Shown here: in pieces, positions 1 to 8,894 of the stretch | Layout: every line of letters begins with the position of its first letter | How positions within the stretch are numbered: position 1 is the first letter of the stretch | NCBI GenBank assembly: GCA_964399335.1 | Contig: CAYNQI010000009.1 | Coordinates: 1 to 40,144 of the forward strand | Direction of reading: 5' to 3' | DNA length: 40,144 bases | DNA from: an uncultured Thermoplasmata archaeon | GTDB lineage: Archaea > Thermoplasmatota > Thermoplasmata > Halarchaeoplasmatales > Halarchaeoplasmataceae | Position numbers and translations under genes: made by a program | Notes under the pieces: generated by a model | Told to the model about the DNA's origin: nothing | Database searches by the model: none | Seen by the model: only the letters and a program-made list of their open reading frames with translations

Positions 1-2
1 CC

Positions 3-596
3 GCAAAAAAAGCTTTGGAACTATCTAACGAGGTCAACGAGATATATTCATTTATAGAAGAAGGGAAATCTAAAATCAAAGAACTCAGGAATAAGGGCGG
101 AGAGGTAAAACCATTTTTATCGAAGCTAAGAGAGGGGAAAGAGTTAGCAGATAAAGGGGATTATGAAGAATCAAAAAGGTTGTATAAGATCACGATCAAA
201 GATATGGGGACCATTCTAGATGGAGGGACCTTGGAGCTTGTTGATGAAAAAGAAGAGGATGAGGATTCCCTAGAGGAAGTTAAAGAACTCTTAGAAAAGG
301 CAGAAAGGATAGGACTTGATACTGGATCAGCTTTGAAATTGATCGAAAAGTCAGAGGATGAAGAGGTAGATATCTCAAGAATCCAGGAAGAGGTCTTTAA
401 AGAACTTGAAGGATACATGGATAAGAAAGTTGAAGGGGCGAAAGAGGAGTTAAAGAACGCGAAATTATCTGGTGCTGATATCGACGTATCTAGATGTATT
501 CATCTGCTAAAACAGGCTAGAAAAGCCCAGAAACGAGAAGAATATGAGAGTACCCTCAAACACATGCAAGAGTATCAGGATGAATTAGAGGGTTGA
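3..596 (+). CDS. Hypothetical acidic helical/coiled-coil protein, 5' partial
   Basis: Frame is open to the window edge (GCA AAA AAA GCT TTG...), so the TTG at 15 is probably internal. E/K-rich helical repeats; TGA stop at 594-596. Confidence 0.7.
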   Translation, partial: AKKALELSNEVNEIYSFIEEGKSKIKELRNKGGEVKPFLSKLREGKELADKGDYEESKRLYKITIKDMGTILDGGTLELVDEKEEDEDSLEEVKELLEKAERIGLDTGSALKLIEKSEDEEVDISRIQEEVFKELEGYMDKKVEGAKEELKNAKLSGADIDVSRCIHLLKQARKAQKREEYESTLKHMQEYQDELEG

Positions 597-1316
597 TAGA
601 ACTTTTTTATGTTCCTCGCAAAGGCTACCGTTGATCTGATTTTTGATTACTTCTTCCTGCCAATGTGAATTGAAGAGAGGGCACCCTTTTTTACTACAGA
701 ACGGGTCCCCGTTTAATCTCCAGAAAATAGTTTGAAGAGCGTAAGATTTGACGGCCTCAGTCATCCTATTATCACCGTGTTCCATAGGTTTGAAATCAAA
801 GTCTTTTGCAGCATCGAGATAATACTCCTTGGGCTTTGCAGGACCTTCAACTATCCCACTTGTTGAGATTATAGATGGGTGTGAGTTGATCACAGCCCTA
901 ACGTGATAACGAGCATCACCTTTTTCAAGTGTACCGATCAACCTATCTGTTACCGCGATCACATGCTGTTCATATTCTTTTTTTGGAAGTAATCCGAACA
1001 TCAGCTTCGATAATTTCCAGCCATCGTAAAGAACTCCCTTTATATCTTTACCCTGGATTATCTTTTTTTCTAACTTTATCTCCAATGGTAAAGGATCTTT
1101 TTCTTTTCTGGAGTTCATATCACTTACTCTAGTTGAGGCTATTTTTTCGTACAGATCCTTTGTTTCAAATTCCTTGAAAAAACCGTCTCTGATTGTTACT
1201 GGTTTATCCGTGATATTATGTAAATATTCCTTCAACTCGCGGCTATTGACTTCCTCGATCCGATCTGATATATAGATCGTGATTCCATCGAATGGAAACT
1301 CAGCCGAGCATCTCAT
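585..1316 (-). CDS. Conserved archaeal hypothetical protein, DUF6775/DUF7001-like putative metallopeptidase
   Basis: Motifs YDG, TDRLIGT, RYHVR, STSGIVEGPAKPKEYY and a C-terminal PFC-x4-C-x-LFNSHWQEE...LCEEH. Start overlaps the thi4 stop. Confidence 0.55.
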   Translation of the reverse strand: MRCSAEFPFDGITIYISDRIEEVNSRELKEYLHNITDKPVTIRDGFFKEFETKDLYEKIASTRVSDMNSRKEKDPLPLEIKLEKKIIQGKDIKGVLYDGWKLSKLMFGLLPKKEYEQHVIAVTDRLIGTLEKGDARYHVRAVINSHPSIISTSGIVEGPAKPKEYYLDAAKDFDFKPMEHGDNRMTEAVKSYALQTIFWRLNGDPFCSKKGCPLFNSHWQEEVIKNQINGSLCEEHKKVLSTL

Positions 1317-2070
1317 CGACCACTTTCGCTCCTTTCCTTCCGGACATCAACATTGACCCAAATGTAGGTCCCATACGTGGTAATCCATATGTGGTTGAAA
1401 CCGCCATGCCCGTGACCACTAAACCATCATGGACTTTACCGGTATGTTCAACAACTAGATCTTCTGATTCTTCGACCCACATACCACCGAAGCCTCTGGT
1501 TTCGATGAGACCTCTTTCCTCCATCTTTTTAACAACACAGGCATCGTGACCGGTCGAATCTATAACTACTTTTGTTTCCAAAGCGATCGGGTCTACACAG
1601 GTCAACTGCCGTGGTAGTGAAGATACAGGTGTCCAGTTCACGACCACTCCTCCGACACGATCGTCTCCTCTAAAGACAACGTCATCGAATTCTGTCATAT
1701 TCAATATCTGGATCCCTTCGTCACAAGCTTCTGATATAAGTTTAGAACAAGCATGGGGGCCAAGTGCCCTAGATAGATTTCCTTCTGTTTTATAAGGTAT
1801 ACCTAGTTCATCAAGTATCTCTTCAGCAGGGCTCCTGACAGTGATTGTATTCATAAGATAACCTCCAAGCCAGAAGCCTCCCCCCAAGTAGTTGTTCCTT
1901 TCTACGACGAGTACTTTTCTATCTTTTTTTGCAAGATCCCGTGCCGCCATCAAACCACTGGGCCCTCCGCCTATGACGATGACGTCGGATTCAGCGTACT
2001 CATCGATCACTCTTCCAAATTCTTTTACAATAGTCCTGGTTACGTCTTTTTCAGATGATTTTTCGAACAT
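1300..2070 (-). CDS. thi4: Thiazole synthase Thi4 (adenylated thiazole synthase), Cys-type
   Basis: GGGPSGL FAD/NAD motif, GGGFWLGG, TCVDP active-site motif (Cys158), DSTGHDA, MW, GLPRMGPTFGSML. Confidence 0.95.
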   Translation of the reverse strand: MFEKSSEKDVTRTIVKEFGRVIDEYAESDVIVIGGGPSGLMAARDLAKKDRKVLVVERNNYLGGGFWLGGYLMNTITVRSPAEEILDELGIPYKTEGNLSRALGPHACSKLISEACDEGIQILNMTEFDDVVFRGDDRVGGVVVNWTPVSSLPRQLTCVDPIALETKVVIDSTGHDACVVKKMEERGLIETRGFGGMWVEESEDLVVEHTGKVHDGLVVTGMAVSTTYGLPRMGPTFGSMLMSGRKGAKVVDEMLG

Positions 2071-2074
2071 AGTT

Positions 2075-2110
2075 ATTCAAAAATCACAGTGTTATATATT
2101 GTTTTTGAAT
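2075..2110. promoter_or_regulatory. thi4 promoter: TATA-like box flanked by a perfect 9-bp inverted repeat (candidate operator)
   Basis: ATTCAAAAA (2075-2083), 18-nt spacer, TTTTTGAAT (2102-2110). The spacer contains ATATATAA on the minus strand, about 25 nt upstream of the thi4 ATG. Confidence 0.55.
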
Positions 2111-2138
2111 GTCTCACTTTGTTAATCATCTAACTTTT

Positions 2139-2432
2139 TCAAATCTTTCTACAAACTTTACACAAAAGTTCGTCTATGTCTCTAAAGTTGAGGTCTCCAT
2201 TTTGATATGATTCATATATCTCATCAGCCACCTCTTCAGTGGTTTTTTTCACATCATCATCTAGGGGATATTCACCACGTGCTCCTGAGAGATATTGGGA
2301 AACAGCCGGTTGAGTTATACCAAGTATCTCAGAGATGGTGACCTGGTTCATCCCATGTTCGTTATAAAGTTTCTTGACTATGGTCGCTTTGACTGCAGGT
2401 AGGAATTCGACAACGAAATCTTCACATCTCAT
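2139..2432 (-). CDS. HTH transcriptional regulator, COG2522-like (resembles the ThiR N-terminal HTH domain)
   Basis: MRCE..VVEFLPAVKA.IVKKL...GMNQVTISEILGITQPAVSQYL..RG and a terminal CxxC. ATG at 2432 preferred over TTG at 2441. Confidence 0.85.
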   Translation of the reverse strand: MRCEDFVVEFLPAVKATIVKKLYNEHGMNQVTISEILGITQPAVSQYLSGARGEYPLDDDVKKTTEEVADEIYESYQNGDLNFRDIDELLCKVCRKI

Positions 2433-2533
2433 AACAGACAAATCATAATCAAAAGTAATATAATAAGTTACCTGAAAAGTGACACATTATCCGGTAAAAA
2501 AACTCATATAACAGTTACAACCCATATGAAACC

Positions 2534-3184
2534 ATGGGAAATACTATGTACGAAATGGTTGTCTTCGATATGGATGGTGTTCTAGTCGATGTGGAGAGTT
2601 CATGGTGTTGGGTGCACGATCACTTCGACGTGAATAACGATCACTCCCTGAAAGCTTATCTGGAGGGGGATATCGATGATCTAGAATTTATAAGGAGGGA
2701 TATCGCACTCTGGAAAAGTAAGAAGGATGACATCACAAAAGAGGATATCAAAGATATCCTGAAAGATACTCCCGTCATGCCCGGTTTCCATGAATGTTTA
2801 AATTTATTCAAAAAACACGATTTCAATACCGCAATAATCAGCGGTGGTTTGAAACCTTTAGCCCATATGATCGGAGATCCGTACTTCGACGTTATTAAAG
2901 CTAATGATGTAGACTGCAGAGAAAATAAACTAACCGGGGAAGGAGTACTCGAGGTACCGTTGAACGACAAAGGGAAGACCTTTGATGAATTGATCGAAGA
3001 GTTCGATGTATCTCCAGAAAAAACGGTAGCTGTGGGGAACAGTTTCATAGACGTGCCTATGCTTGAAAGAGCTGGTTTGGGCATAGCTTTTGATCCCGCC
3101 GATGAAAAAGTTCGCTATGCTGCAGATATAGTTATCACTGAAAAGGATCTAACTAAAGTCTGGGAAGCCGTAAAAAAGACATGA
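2534..3184 (+). CDS. HAD-superfamily phosphatase (HAD-IB, phosphoserine-phosphatase-like)
   Basis: Motif I FDMDGVLVD, motif II IISGG, motif III K, motif IV VGNSFIDVPML..AGLGIAF. Confidence 0.85.
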   Translation: MGNTMYEMVVFDMDGVLVDVESSWCWVHDHFDVNNDHSLKAYLEGDIDDLEFIRRDIALWKSKKDDITKEDIKDILKDTPVMPGFHECLNLFKKHDFNTAIISGGLKPLAHMIGDPYFDVIKANDVDCRENKLTGEGVLEVPLNDKGKTFDELIEEFDVSPEKTVAVGNSFIDVPMLERAGLGIAFDPADEKVRYAADIVITEKDLTKVWEAVKKT

Positions 3185-3243
3185 TTTGATTTAATAAGTT
3201 TTCATCGAAGATTTTATCAATATTGTTTAACATATTTTATATT

Positions 3244-4146
3244 ATGAAAGGTAATGAATTCGCAGGGTTGGGTTTAGAAGAGATCGCAGAGAAGATCGAA
3301 TCCATGGAGATAAGGGGGGCAGCTAAGATCGCTAGAGCTGCAGCGCATGCTCTAAAAGAGGAAGCTGTAAAAGATGAAGGAGAATTAGACGAACGTATCA
3401 ATGAAGCGATAGAACGATTAAAAAGGACTAGACCTACTGCCGTATCACTTCAAAACGCTATCAGGTTTGTTACCATGAACAAGAACTCAGACTTCACCGC
3501 AGATATGATCAAAGAGAGGGTTGATATATTCATCGAAAAATCTCATTCTGCAGGTGAAAAGATAGCCGAGTATGGAGGTAAACGTATCAGCAGTGGTAAC
3601 ACGATTCTAACACACTGCAACAGTTCCATGGCATTAAAAGCTATCAAATATGCTTGGGATGAGGGTAAAGAAATAGATGTGATCGCTACTGAATCTCGTC
3701 CTAAGAAACAAGGTTACATAACCGTTAGAGAAATGGCTGAATACGGCATACCCGTAACGCTAATAGTTGATTCTGCAGTCAGATACAAGATGACAGATGT
3801 TGACCATGTGTACGTAGGTGCTGATACCATAGCCTCCAATGGTGCCGTGATCAATAAGATCGGTACGTCCCAGGTAGCACTATGTGCCCACGAAGCACGT
3901 GTGCCGGTAACAGTTTGTGCTGAAACCTACAAATTTTCCAGGGAGACCGCCTTCGGAAATTTAGTGGAGATCGAAGAACGAGATCCTGAAGAGATCGTAG
4001 ATCCAGAGAAGTTCCCTGGTGTGGAAATAAGCAACCCGGTATTCGATGCAACCCCTGCGGATTATGTAGATTGTGTAGTTACTGAGGAAGGTGTTATATC
4101 ACCTTCCGAATCATATAGGGTTATAAAGGAGATGATGAAAGGATGA
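3244..4146 (+). CDS. e2b2: Ribose-1,5-bisphosphate isomerase (eIF-2B alpha/beta/delta family)
   Basis: MEIRGA, RPTAVSL, LTHCNS (catalytic Cys), ESRP, VGADTI, NKIGT, FDATP. Directly upstream of RuBisCO and AMP phosphorylase. ATG at 3244 preferred over TTG at 3223. Confidence 0.93.
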   Translation: MKGNEFAGLGLEEIAEKIESMEIRGAAKIARAAAHALKEEAVKDEGELDERINEAIERLKRTRPTAVSLQNAIRFVTMNKNSDFTADMIKERVDIFIEKSHSAGEKIAEYGGKRISSGNTILTHCNSSMALKAIKYAWDEGKEIDVIATESRPKKQGYITVREMAEYGIPVTLIVDSAVRYKMTDVDHVYVGADTIASNGAVINKIGTSQVALCAHEARVPVTVCAETYKFSRETAFGNLVEIEERDPEEIVDPEKFPGVEISNPVFDATPADYVDCVVTEEGVISPSESYRVIKEMMKG

Positions 4147-5372
4147 CCATAGATTATTTGGCGTTGGGTGAAGAGTTAGATGAAGATGAGTACCTTATCT
4201 GTGAATATACGGTGAAAAGTGACCTAGATATCGTAACAGCTGGAAAACGTATCGCCGAAGAGGAATCCACCGGTACTTGGACTAGACCGACCACTTTATC
4301 GGAAGATATCTTCAAAAAATACGGGGCAAAAGTGACCAAAGCTGAAGGGAATAGGGTCGAAATCGGATATCCAATCATAGATTTCTCAGGCGAGATCGGT
4401 GAAATACCGCAGATATTGAGTATAGTAGCTGGTAACCTTTTCGGTTTGGACTCCTTAGATGGAGTGAGATTGGTCGACATACATATCCCACAGGAGACCA
4501 TAGATAGATATCCGGGACCACAGTTCGGGATCAAAGGTCTGAGAAAGATACTAGATCGACCTGATAAACCACTGATAGGAACGATCGTTAAACCGAAGAT
4601 AGGACTTCCTCCAAAGGAGTTCGCAGACTATGTTTACCAAGCTGGTAAAGGAGGTTTGACCAATAGTAAGGACGACGAAACTCTAGTCGACCAGGATTTT
4701 TGTCCCTTAGAAGATAGAGTAAGTCATGTCAGCGAATCCCTAGATAGGTTAGAAGAGGAAGGGCATAAGATGATACACGCTCATAATATCAGCACCAGCG
4801 GTCATCGTATGCTAGAAGCTGCTGACGTAGCTCTTGAAAATGGTGCTAGACAGCTCATGGTGGACGTTTTAACGGTCGGTTTCGCCGGTGTTCAGGCTTT
4901 AGCTGAAGACCCTTCTATTAAAGTTCCCATACACGTTCATCGAGCTATGCACGCGGCTATAACAAAAAATCCAGAACATGGTATATCCATGCCCGTGATC
5001 GGTAAATTAGTACGTTTAGTCGGAGGAGACGCCCTCCATATAGGGACCTACGGTATCGGTAAGATGCACGCAGATGTCAGTGAAGAGATGTACAGTAGAG
5101 AAGTCATCACGGAAGATATGAAAGGGTTAGATCCCATGATGCCAGTGGCCAGCGGAGGATTACATCCCGGCATGATCGATAAACTCATGGAGAAAAGTGG
5201 ACCCGATGTTCAGATCCAAGCAGGTGGTGGGGTTTCAGGACATCCTGAAGGAGTCAGGAGTGGTGCCGCTGCACTTAGACAGGCTGTAGATGCCGCCTAC
5301 AAGGATATAGGTCTTAGAGATTATGCAAAGGATCATAAAGAATTAAGAAAGGCGTTGGAGAAATGGATGTGA
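4143..5372 (+). CDS. rbcL: RuBisCO large subunit, archaeal form III-type
   Basis: EESTGT, AGN, TIVKPKIG, KDDE, HVHRAMH, HIGT, GKM, ASGG and AGGG all present, so the full carboxylase residue set is kept. ATGA overlap with the isomerase gene. Confidence 0.9.
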   Translation: MTIDYLALGEELDEDEYLICEYTVKSDLDIVTAGKRIAEEESTGTWTRPTTLSEDIFKKYGAKVTKAEGNRVEIGYPIIDFSGEIGEIPQILSIVAGNLFGLDSLDGVRLVDIHIPQETIDRYPGPQFGIKGLRKILDRPDKPLIGTIVKPKIGLPPKEFADYVYQAGKGGLTNSKDDETLVDQDFCPLEDRVSHVSESLDRLEEEGHKMIHAHNISTSGHRMLEAADVALENGARQLMVDVLTVGFAGVQALAEDPSIKVPIHVHRAMHAAITKNPEHGISMPVIGKLVRLVGGDALHIGTYGIGKMHADVSEEMYSREVITEDMKGLDPMMPVASGGLHPGMIDKLMEKSGPDVQIQAGGGVSGHPEGVRSGAAALRQAVDAAYKDIGLRDYAKDHKELRKALEKWM

Positions 5373-5376
5373 GAAG

Positions 5377-6900
5377 ATGTTGGAATTGAAAGGTAAAAAG
5401 ATAGACATCGAAGCCGGTGAACACACAGTCCTCTTGAATAACATCGATGCAGAAAGATTAGGGGTTAGAAGTCAAAGTAGGGTCAGGATCGATAATAAGG
5501 GCAGTACAGCCAGTGCTATCGTTGAAACCTCTAATACATTGGTAGATGAAGGAGAGATCGGACTATTGGAGAAGGTCTTCGAGGAAGTTAAGGCAAAAGA
5601 AGGAGATATCTTGAAGATCGTAACTGCAGGGAGGCCGGAATCTATAGAGCATATCAAAGAAAAATTGGAGGGTAAGGAACTATCAGAACATGCTATCAAC
5701 GAGATAATCCAAGATATCACAGATCATAAACTATCAGATATAGAACTGTCTGCATACGTTTGTGGAGTTTACTCTAAAGGTATGACTAATAGAGAGGTAA
5801 GGAATCTTATCTTGGCCATGATCAAAACAGGCGATACCATCGAGTTCGATAAAGATCCGGTTTTCGACCATCACAGTATCGGAGGTGTGCCAGGTAATAA
5901 GATCACCTTGCTTATAGTTCCTATCGTGGCAGCTGCAGGGATGATGATACCTAAAACCAGTTCAAGAGCTATATCCAGCGCAGGAGGGACTGCAGACATA
6001 TTCGAGGTTCTAGCTGATGTCACTTTGACTACGGATGAAATAAAGAGGATAGCAGAGGAGGTCGGCGGAACCATAGCATGGGGAGGTGGAGTTAATCTAG
6101 CTCCCAGTGACGATATCATCATCAGAGCAGAGTACCCACTTAGAATAGATCCGTACCCACAGGTTTTAGCATCTGTACTATCGAAGAAAAAAGCCACTGG
6201 TGCCAATTACCTCGTCATGGATATACCCGTTGGACCTAACACCAAAGTGGAGAACATGGAAACCGGTAGAAGATATGCTAGAGATTTTGTTTCATTAGGT
6301 GAAGAGATAGGGATAGAAGTCCGATGTGCCTTGAGTTATGGTGGTCAACCTGTTGGTGTAGCGGTAGGTCCTGCGGCAGAAGCTAGAGAGGCACTCATGG
6401 CTTTAGAAGGCAAGGAAGTGCCAACGAGTCTCATCGAAAAATCTACAGCTCTAGCCGGTATGGTTTTAGAACAGGGCGGAGTAAGAGAAGGTAAAGGTAA
6501 AGAAGAGGCTAAACGGATACTGGAAAGTGGAGAAGCCTTGGCTAAGATGAAAGAGATCATAGAGGCACAAAGAGGAGATCCTGAGGTGACTTCAGAAGAC
6601 ATCAGATTAGGTGAATTTACAAAGGATGTTTTAGCTTGTGATGAAGGATATGTAGGCTCTATCCATAATGGAGATATTATCAAGATAGTACGCAGTGCCG
6701 GTGCACCACATGATAACGGTGCCGGATTGATCCTAAATAAAAAGAAAGGAGACAAAGTAGAAGTTGACGACGTTCTTTTCACTATCTACTCGGAGCACGA
6801 AAAAAAATTGGATGAAACTGTTAAACTTGCCAAACATCTAGATCCGTTCGATATCGAGGGGATGATACTGGAATCTCACCCTGATTTTAAAACGGTTTGA
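5377..6900 (+). CDS. deoA: AMP phosphorylase (thymidine phosphorylase family, archaeal type)
   Basis: N-terminal double-psi-barrel-like domain, DHHSIGGVPGNK, KTSSRAISSAGGTAD, C-terminal GAP..GAG...KKGDKV. Operon context with R15P isomerase and rbcL. Confidence 0.93.
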   Translation: MLELKGKKIDIEAGEHTVLLNNIDAERLGVRSQSRVRIDNKGSTASAIVETSNTLVDEGEIGLLEKVFEEVKAKEGDILKIVTAGRPESIEHIKEKLEGKELSEHAINEIIQDITDHKLSDIELSAYVCGVYSKGMTNREVRNLILAMIKTGDTIEFDKDPVFDHHSIGGVPGNKITLLIVPIVAAAGMMIPKTSSRAISSAGGTADIFEVLADVTLTTDEIKRIAEEVGGTIAWGGGVNLAPSDDIIIRAEYPLRIDPYPQVLASVLSKKKATGANYLVMDIPVGPNTKVENMETGRRYARDFVSLGEEIGIEVRCALSYGGQPVGVAVGPAAEAREALMALEGKEVPTSLIEKSTALAGMVLEQGGVREGKGKEEAKRILESGEALAKMKEIIEAQRGDPEVTSEDIRLGEFTKDVLACDEGYVGSIHNGDIIKIVRSAGAPHDNGAGLILNKKKGDKVEVDDVLFTIYSEHEKKLDETVKLAKHLDPFDIEGMILESHPDFKTV

Positions 6901-6906
6901 TCCTGA

Positions 6907-8589
6907 TCAAACGTAATGCCTAACTCGAACAGCTTCGCCCCTTTCAGCATCTATCATTTCAACACCAGACATGGATGCTGGACCGACACCTCTTAACTCG
7001 CCTTCATGCACGAGTATCACCTCGTCCTCTGGATGTATTTTTTCATCGGCATCTGTTACACCCACTGCAAAGACACTACCTTTAGGTCTGAAATCATCGA
7101 TTTCCGCCTGGTATTCTTCGGTTTTTAAGATCTTCTCGGCACCATCTATGGTCAAAGATATCAATCCTCTTTCACTGACCAACATACCCAATTGAGTCTC
7201 ATCTTCCATAATACGGTACTCCGGGTATCTACCCTTTATATGTGAATCTTTCAGTAGTTCTTCTCCGGCCTCCATACCGAACTGGAATATCGCTAGAGAT
7301 CTCATATTTTGCCATAAGAACTGTTTTACACCCAGATCGTTCCCTTCATTCAAAGAATTTATTTCATCTCTCAACCGATCCAATGCATCTTTATCTAAAT
7401 GGTAACCTTGAGAAACGGTATCGATACAATCCACATTTTGTTTAACAAAATTCATGTCAGGAGGTAAGTGTGAGATGATGTGTTCGTAACATCCTTTATC
7501 GATGATATGTCTCAATTGTTCCAAAATCAAATCTTTTTCTTCTTCAAACCAAGTTTTAGACACAGGTATATCATACTGTTTTGCTGGATAGAACATCTCG
7601 ATATCCCGTGGTACAGCACCCAGCGGTGATGTCAGTATCACTTCATGGATGGATGTCCAAGGAGTGCCCTGTAAAGCTTGGCGGATACGGGAGTGTGTTC
7701 TAGATAGAAAATACGGTTTAGATGCGGAACAGGGAAGAAGTAGCAGTAACGGTCGAGAAGGGGGTGAATAACGGTTTTGGATCCTAGTGATAAATCTATT
7801 TATGTCAGGTCTATTCAAAGCTTCACGGGTGGTGACGTTAACTCTATCGCCTGTAACAGGAACTTCCTTGGAGAATCTTGGATAAGAATCATCTAACATC
7901 CGTAAAACCTCGACCTGCCAGGGCTCACTGCGAACACGTGTTTCAACGAGTTCTCGGATCCTCCCTTTTTCGATGGAATTCCTTATGAGTTTCAATTCAT
8001 CCATCATCTTTCGCTTATTATCTGTTCCATCACCGGAGAATCCCATCCAATCGGAAAGCTGCACTCCTTTCATATCAAAATACCCGGCACTCACAGAATC
8101 GAAAAGGTCTACACCTAAATAAGCAAGAAGTGCCATGTTCTGGGGTTGGGCTATACCTGGAGTGTATATCAGTTTGTGGTAAGGTATCTTTTCCCTTAAA
8201 GTTGTGATCTTTTCAAACAGATCTCTACTGCGTGAAAGTAACTGTGGCGAGTTCCCGATGACGTATATATCTGCATCATCACTGGGTTCCTGGTCGTAGA
8301 GTATCTGGATTCGTTTACTCCCACCCCTCTCACTGACCAAACCCCCACCTATGTTTTCAGGATAACCGAAGGCAGTGGGTAAAGTTCCTTCACCGCTAAG
8401 AACATCAAACAAAGTTTCTGGTACCTTGATGTCACCTTTTCCATCTGTGGATATGGTGATCTCCGCATCCTCCGGTGGTGAAAAGTATTCACCATCTAAA
8501 AACAATATGTTCGGGCAGGTAAATTCCTTATCACCTAAACTGAATTTCCCTTTTTTTGCAAGTCCCCATTGTTCGGTTATCTCGATCAT
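6907..8589 (-). CDS. arcS: Archaeosine synthase ArcS (TgtA2) with C-terminal PUA domain
   Basis: LAYLGVDLFD, ELVETRVR, LPCSASKPY..S..H, ILTSPLGAVPR, YDIPV, and PUA domain (SVFAVGV..ADEKIHPEDEV). Confidence 0.9.
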   Translation of the reverse strand: MIEITEQWGLAKKGKFSLGDKEFTCPNILFLDGEYFSPPEDAEITISTDGKGDIKVPETLFDVLSGEGTLPTAFGYPENIGGGLVSERGGSKRIQILYDQEPSDDADIYVIGNSPQLLSRSRDLFEKITTLREKIPYHKLIYTPGIAQPQNMALLAYLGVDLFDSVSAGYFDMKGVQLSDWMGFSGDGTDNKRKMMDELKLIRNSIEKGRIRELVETRVRSEPWQVEVLRMLDDSYPRFSKEVPVTGDRVNVTTREALNRPDINRFITRIQNRYSPPSRPLLLLLPCSASKPYFLSRTHSRIRQALQGTPWTSIHEVILTSPLGAVPRDIEMFYPAKQYDIPVSKTWFEEEKDLILEQLRHIIDKGCYEHIISHLPPDMNFVKQNVDCIDTVSQGYHLDKDALDRLRDEINSLNEGNDLGVKQFLWQNMRSLAIFQFGMEAGEELLKDSHIKGRYPEYRIMEDETQLGMLVSERGLISLTIDGAEKILKTEEYQAEIDDFRPKGSVFAVGVTDADEKIHPEDEVILVHEGELRGVGPASMSGVEMIDAERGEAVRVRHYV

Positions 8590-8675
8590 CTAAGTACGCA
8601 ATATCTTCTAGATTAAAAAGTATTTCTTACAGAACAGTAAAATAAAAAGAAAGGGGGTTTGGATTGGTTAGAGTT

Positions 8676-8894
8676 TTATTCCTTCATTATCTTCATCCAA
8701 CCGCCAGATTCGTAAACGGCTAGATCTCTTTCGTCAAGTTTGTCTTTGAATTCGTCCCAATCTATTTCTTTTAGCCTTGGATTGTTACCTTTTGTAAACT
8801 GGATTCCATCTGTACCTTTTACCAAACCTGGTTTCAACCCTTTTTCCTCAGCTATTTTTCTAGCCTTGGAAACGCTTATTTTTTCCATGCTCAT
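8676..8894 (-). CDS. Small hypothetical protein (72 aa)
   Basis: GGAGG at 8902-8906 (minus strand) 7 nt before ATG 8894. Natural-looking sequence (KGLKP..VKGTDGIQFTKG...VYESGGWMKIM) followed by a T-rich trailer. Confidence 0.75.
   Translation of the reverse strand: MSMEKISVSKARKIAEEKGLKPGLVKGTDGIQFTKGNNPRLKEIDWDEFKDKLDERDLAVYESGGWMKIMKE

Noticed and set aside
1-1200. CTAG over-representation
   Set aside because: Hand count of 5 in 1.2 kb is close to the roughly 4 expected by chance.
1300-2070. Thi4 acting as the R15P isomerase for the neighbouring RuBisCO (an old annotation for this family)
   Set aside because: A bona fide eIF-2B-family R15P isomerase is present at 3244-4146, and this family is established as thiazole synthase.
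4143-5372. Form IV RuBisCO-like protein
   Set aside because: All carboxylase residues are kept and the gene sits in an AMP-phosphorylase/R15P-isomerase operon.
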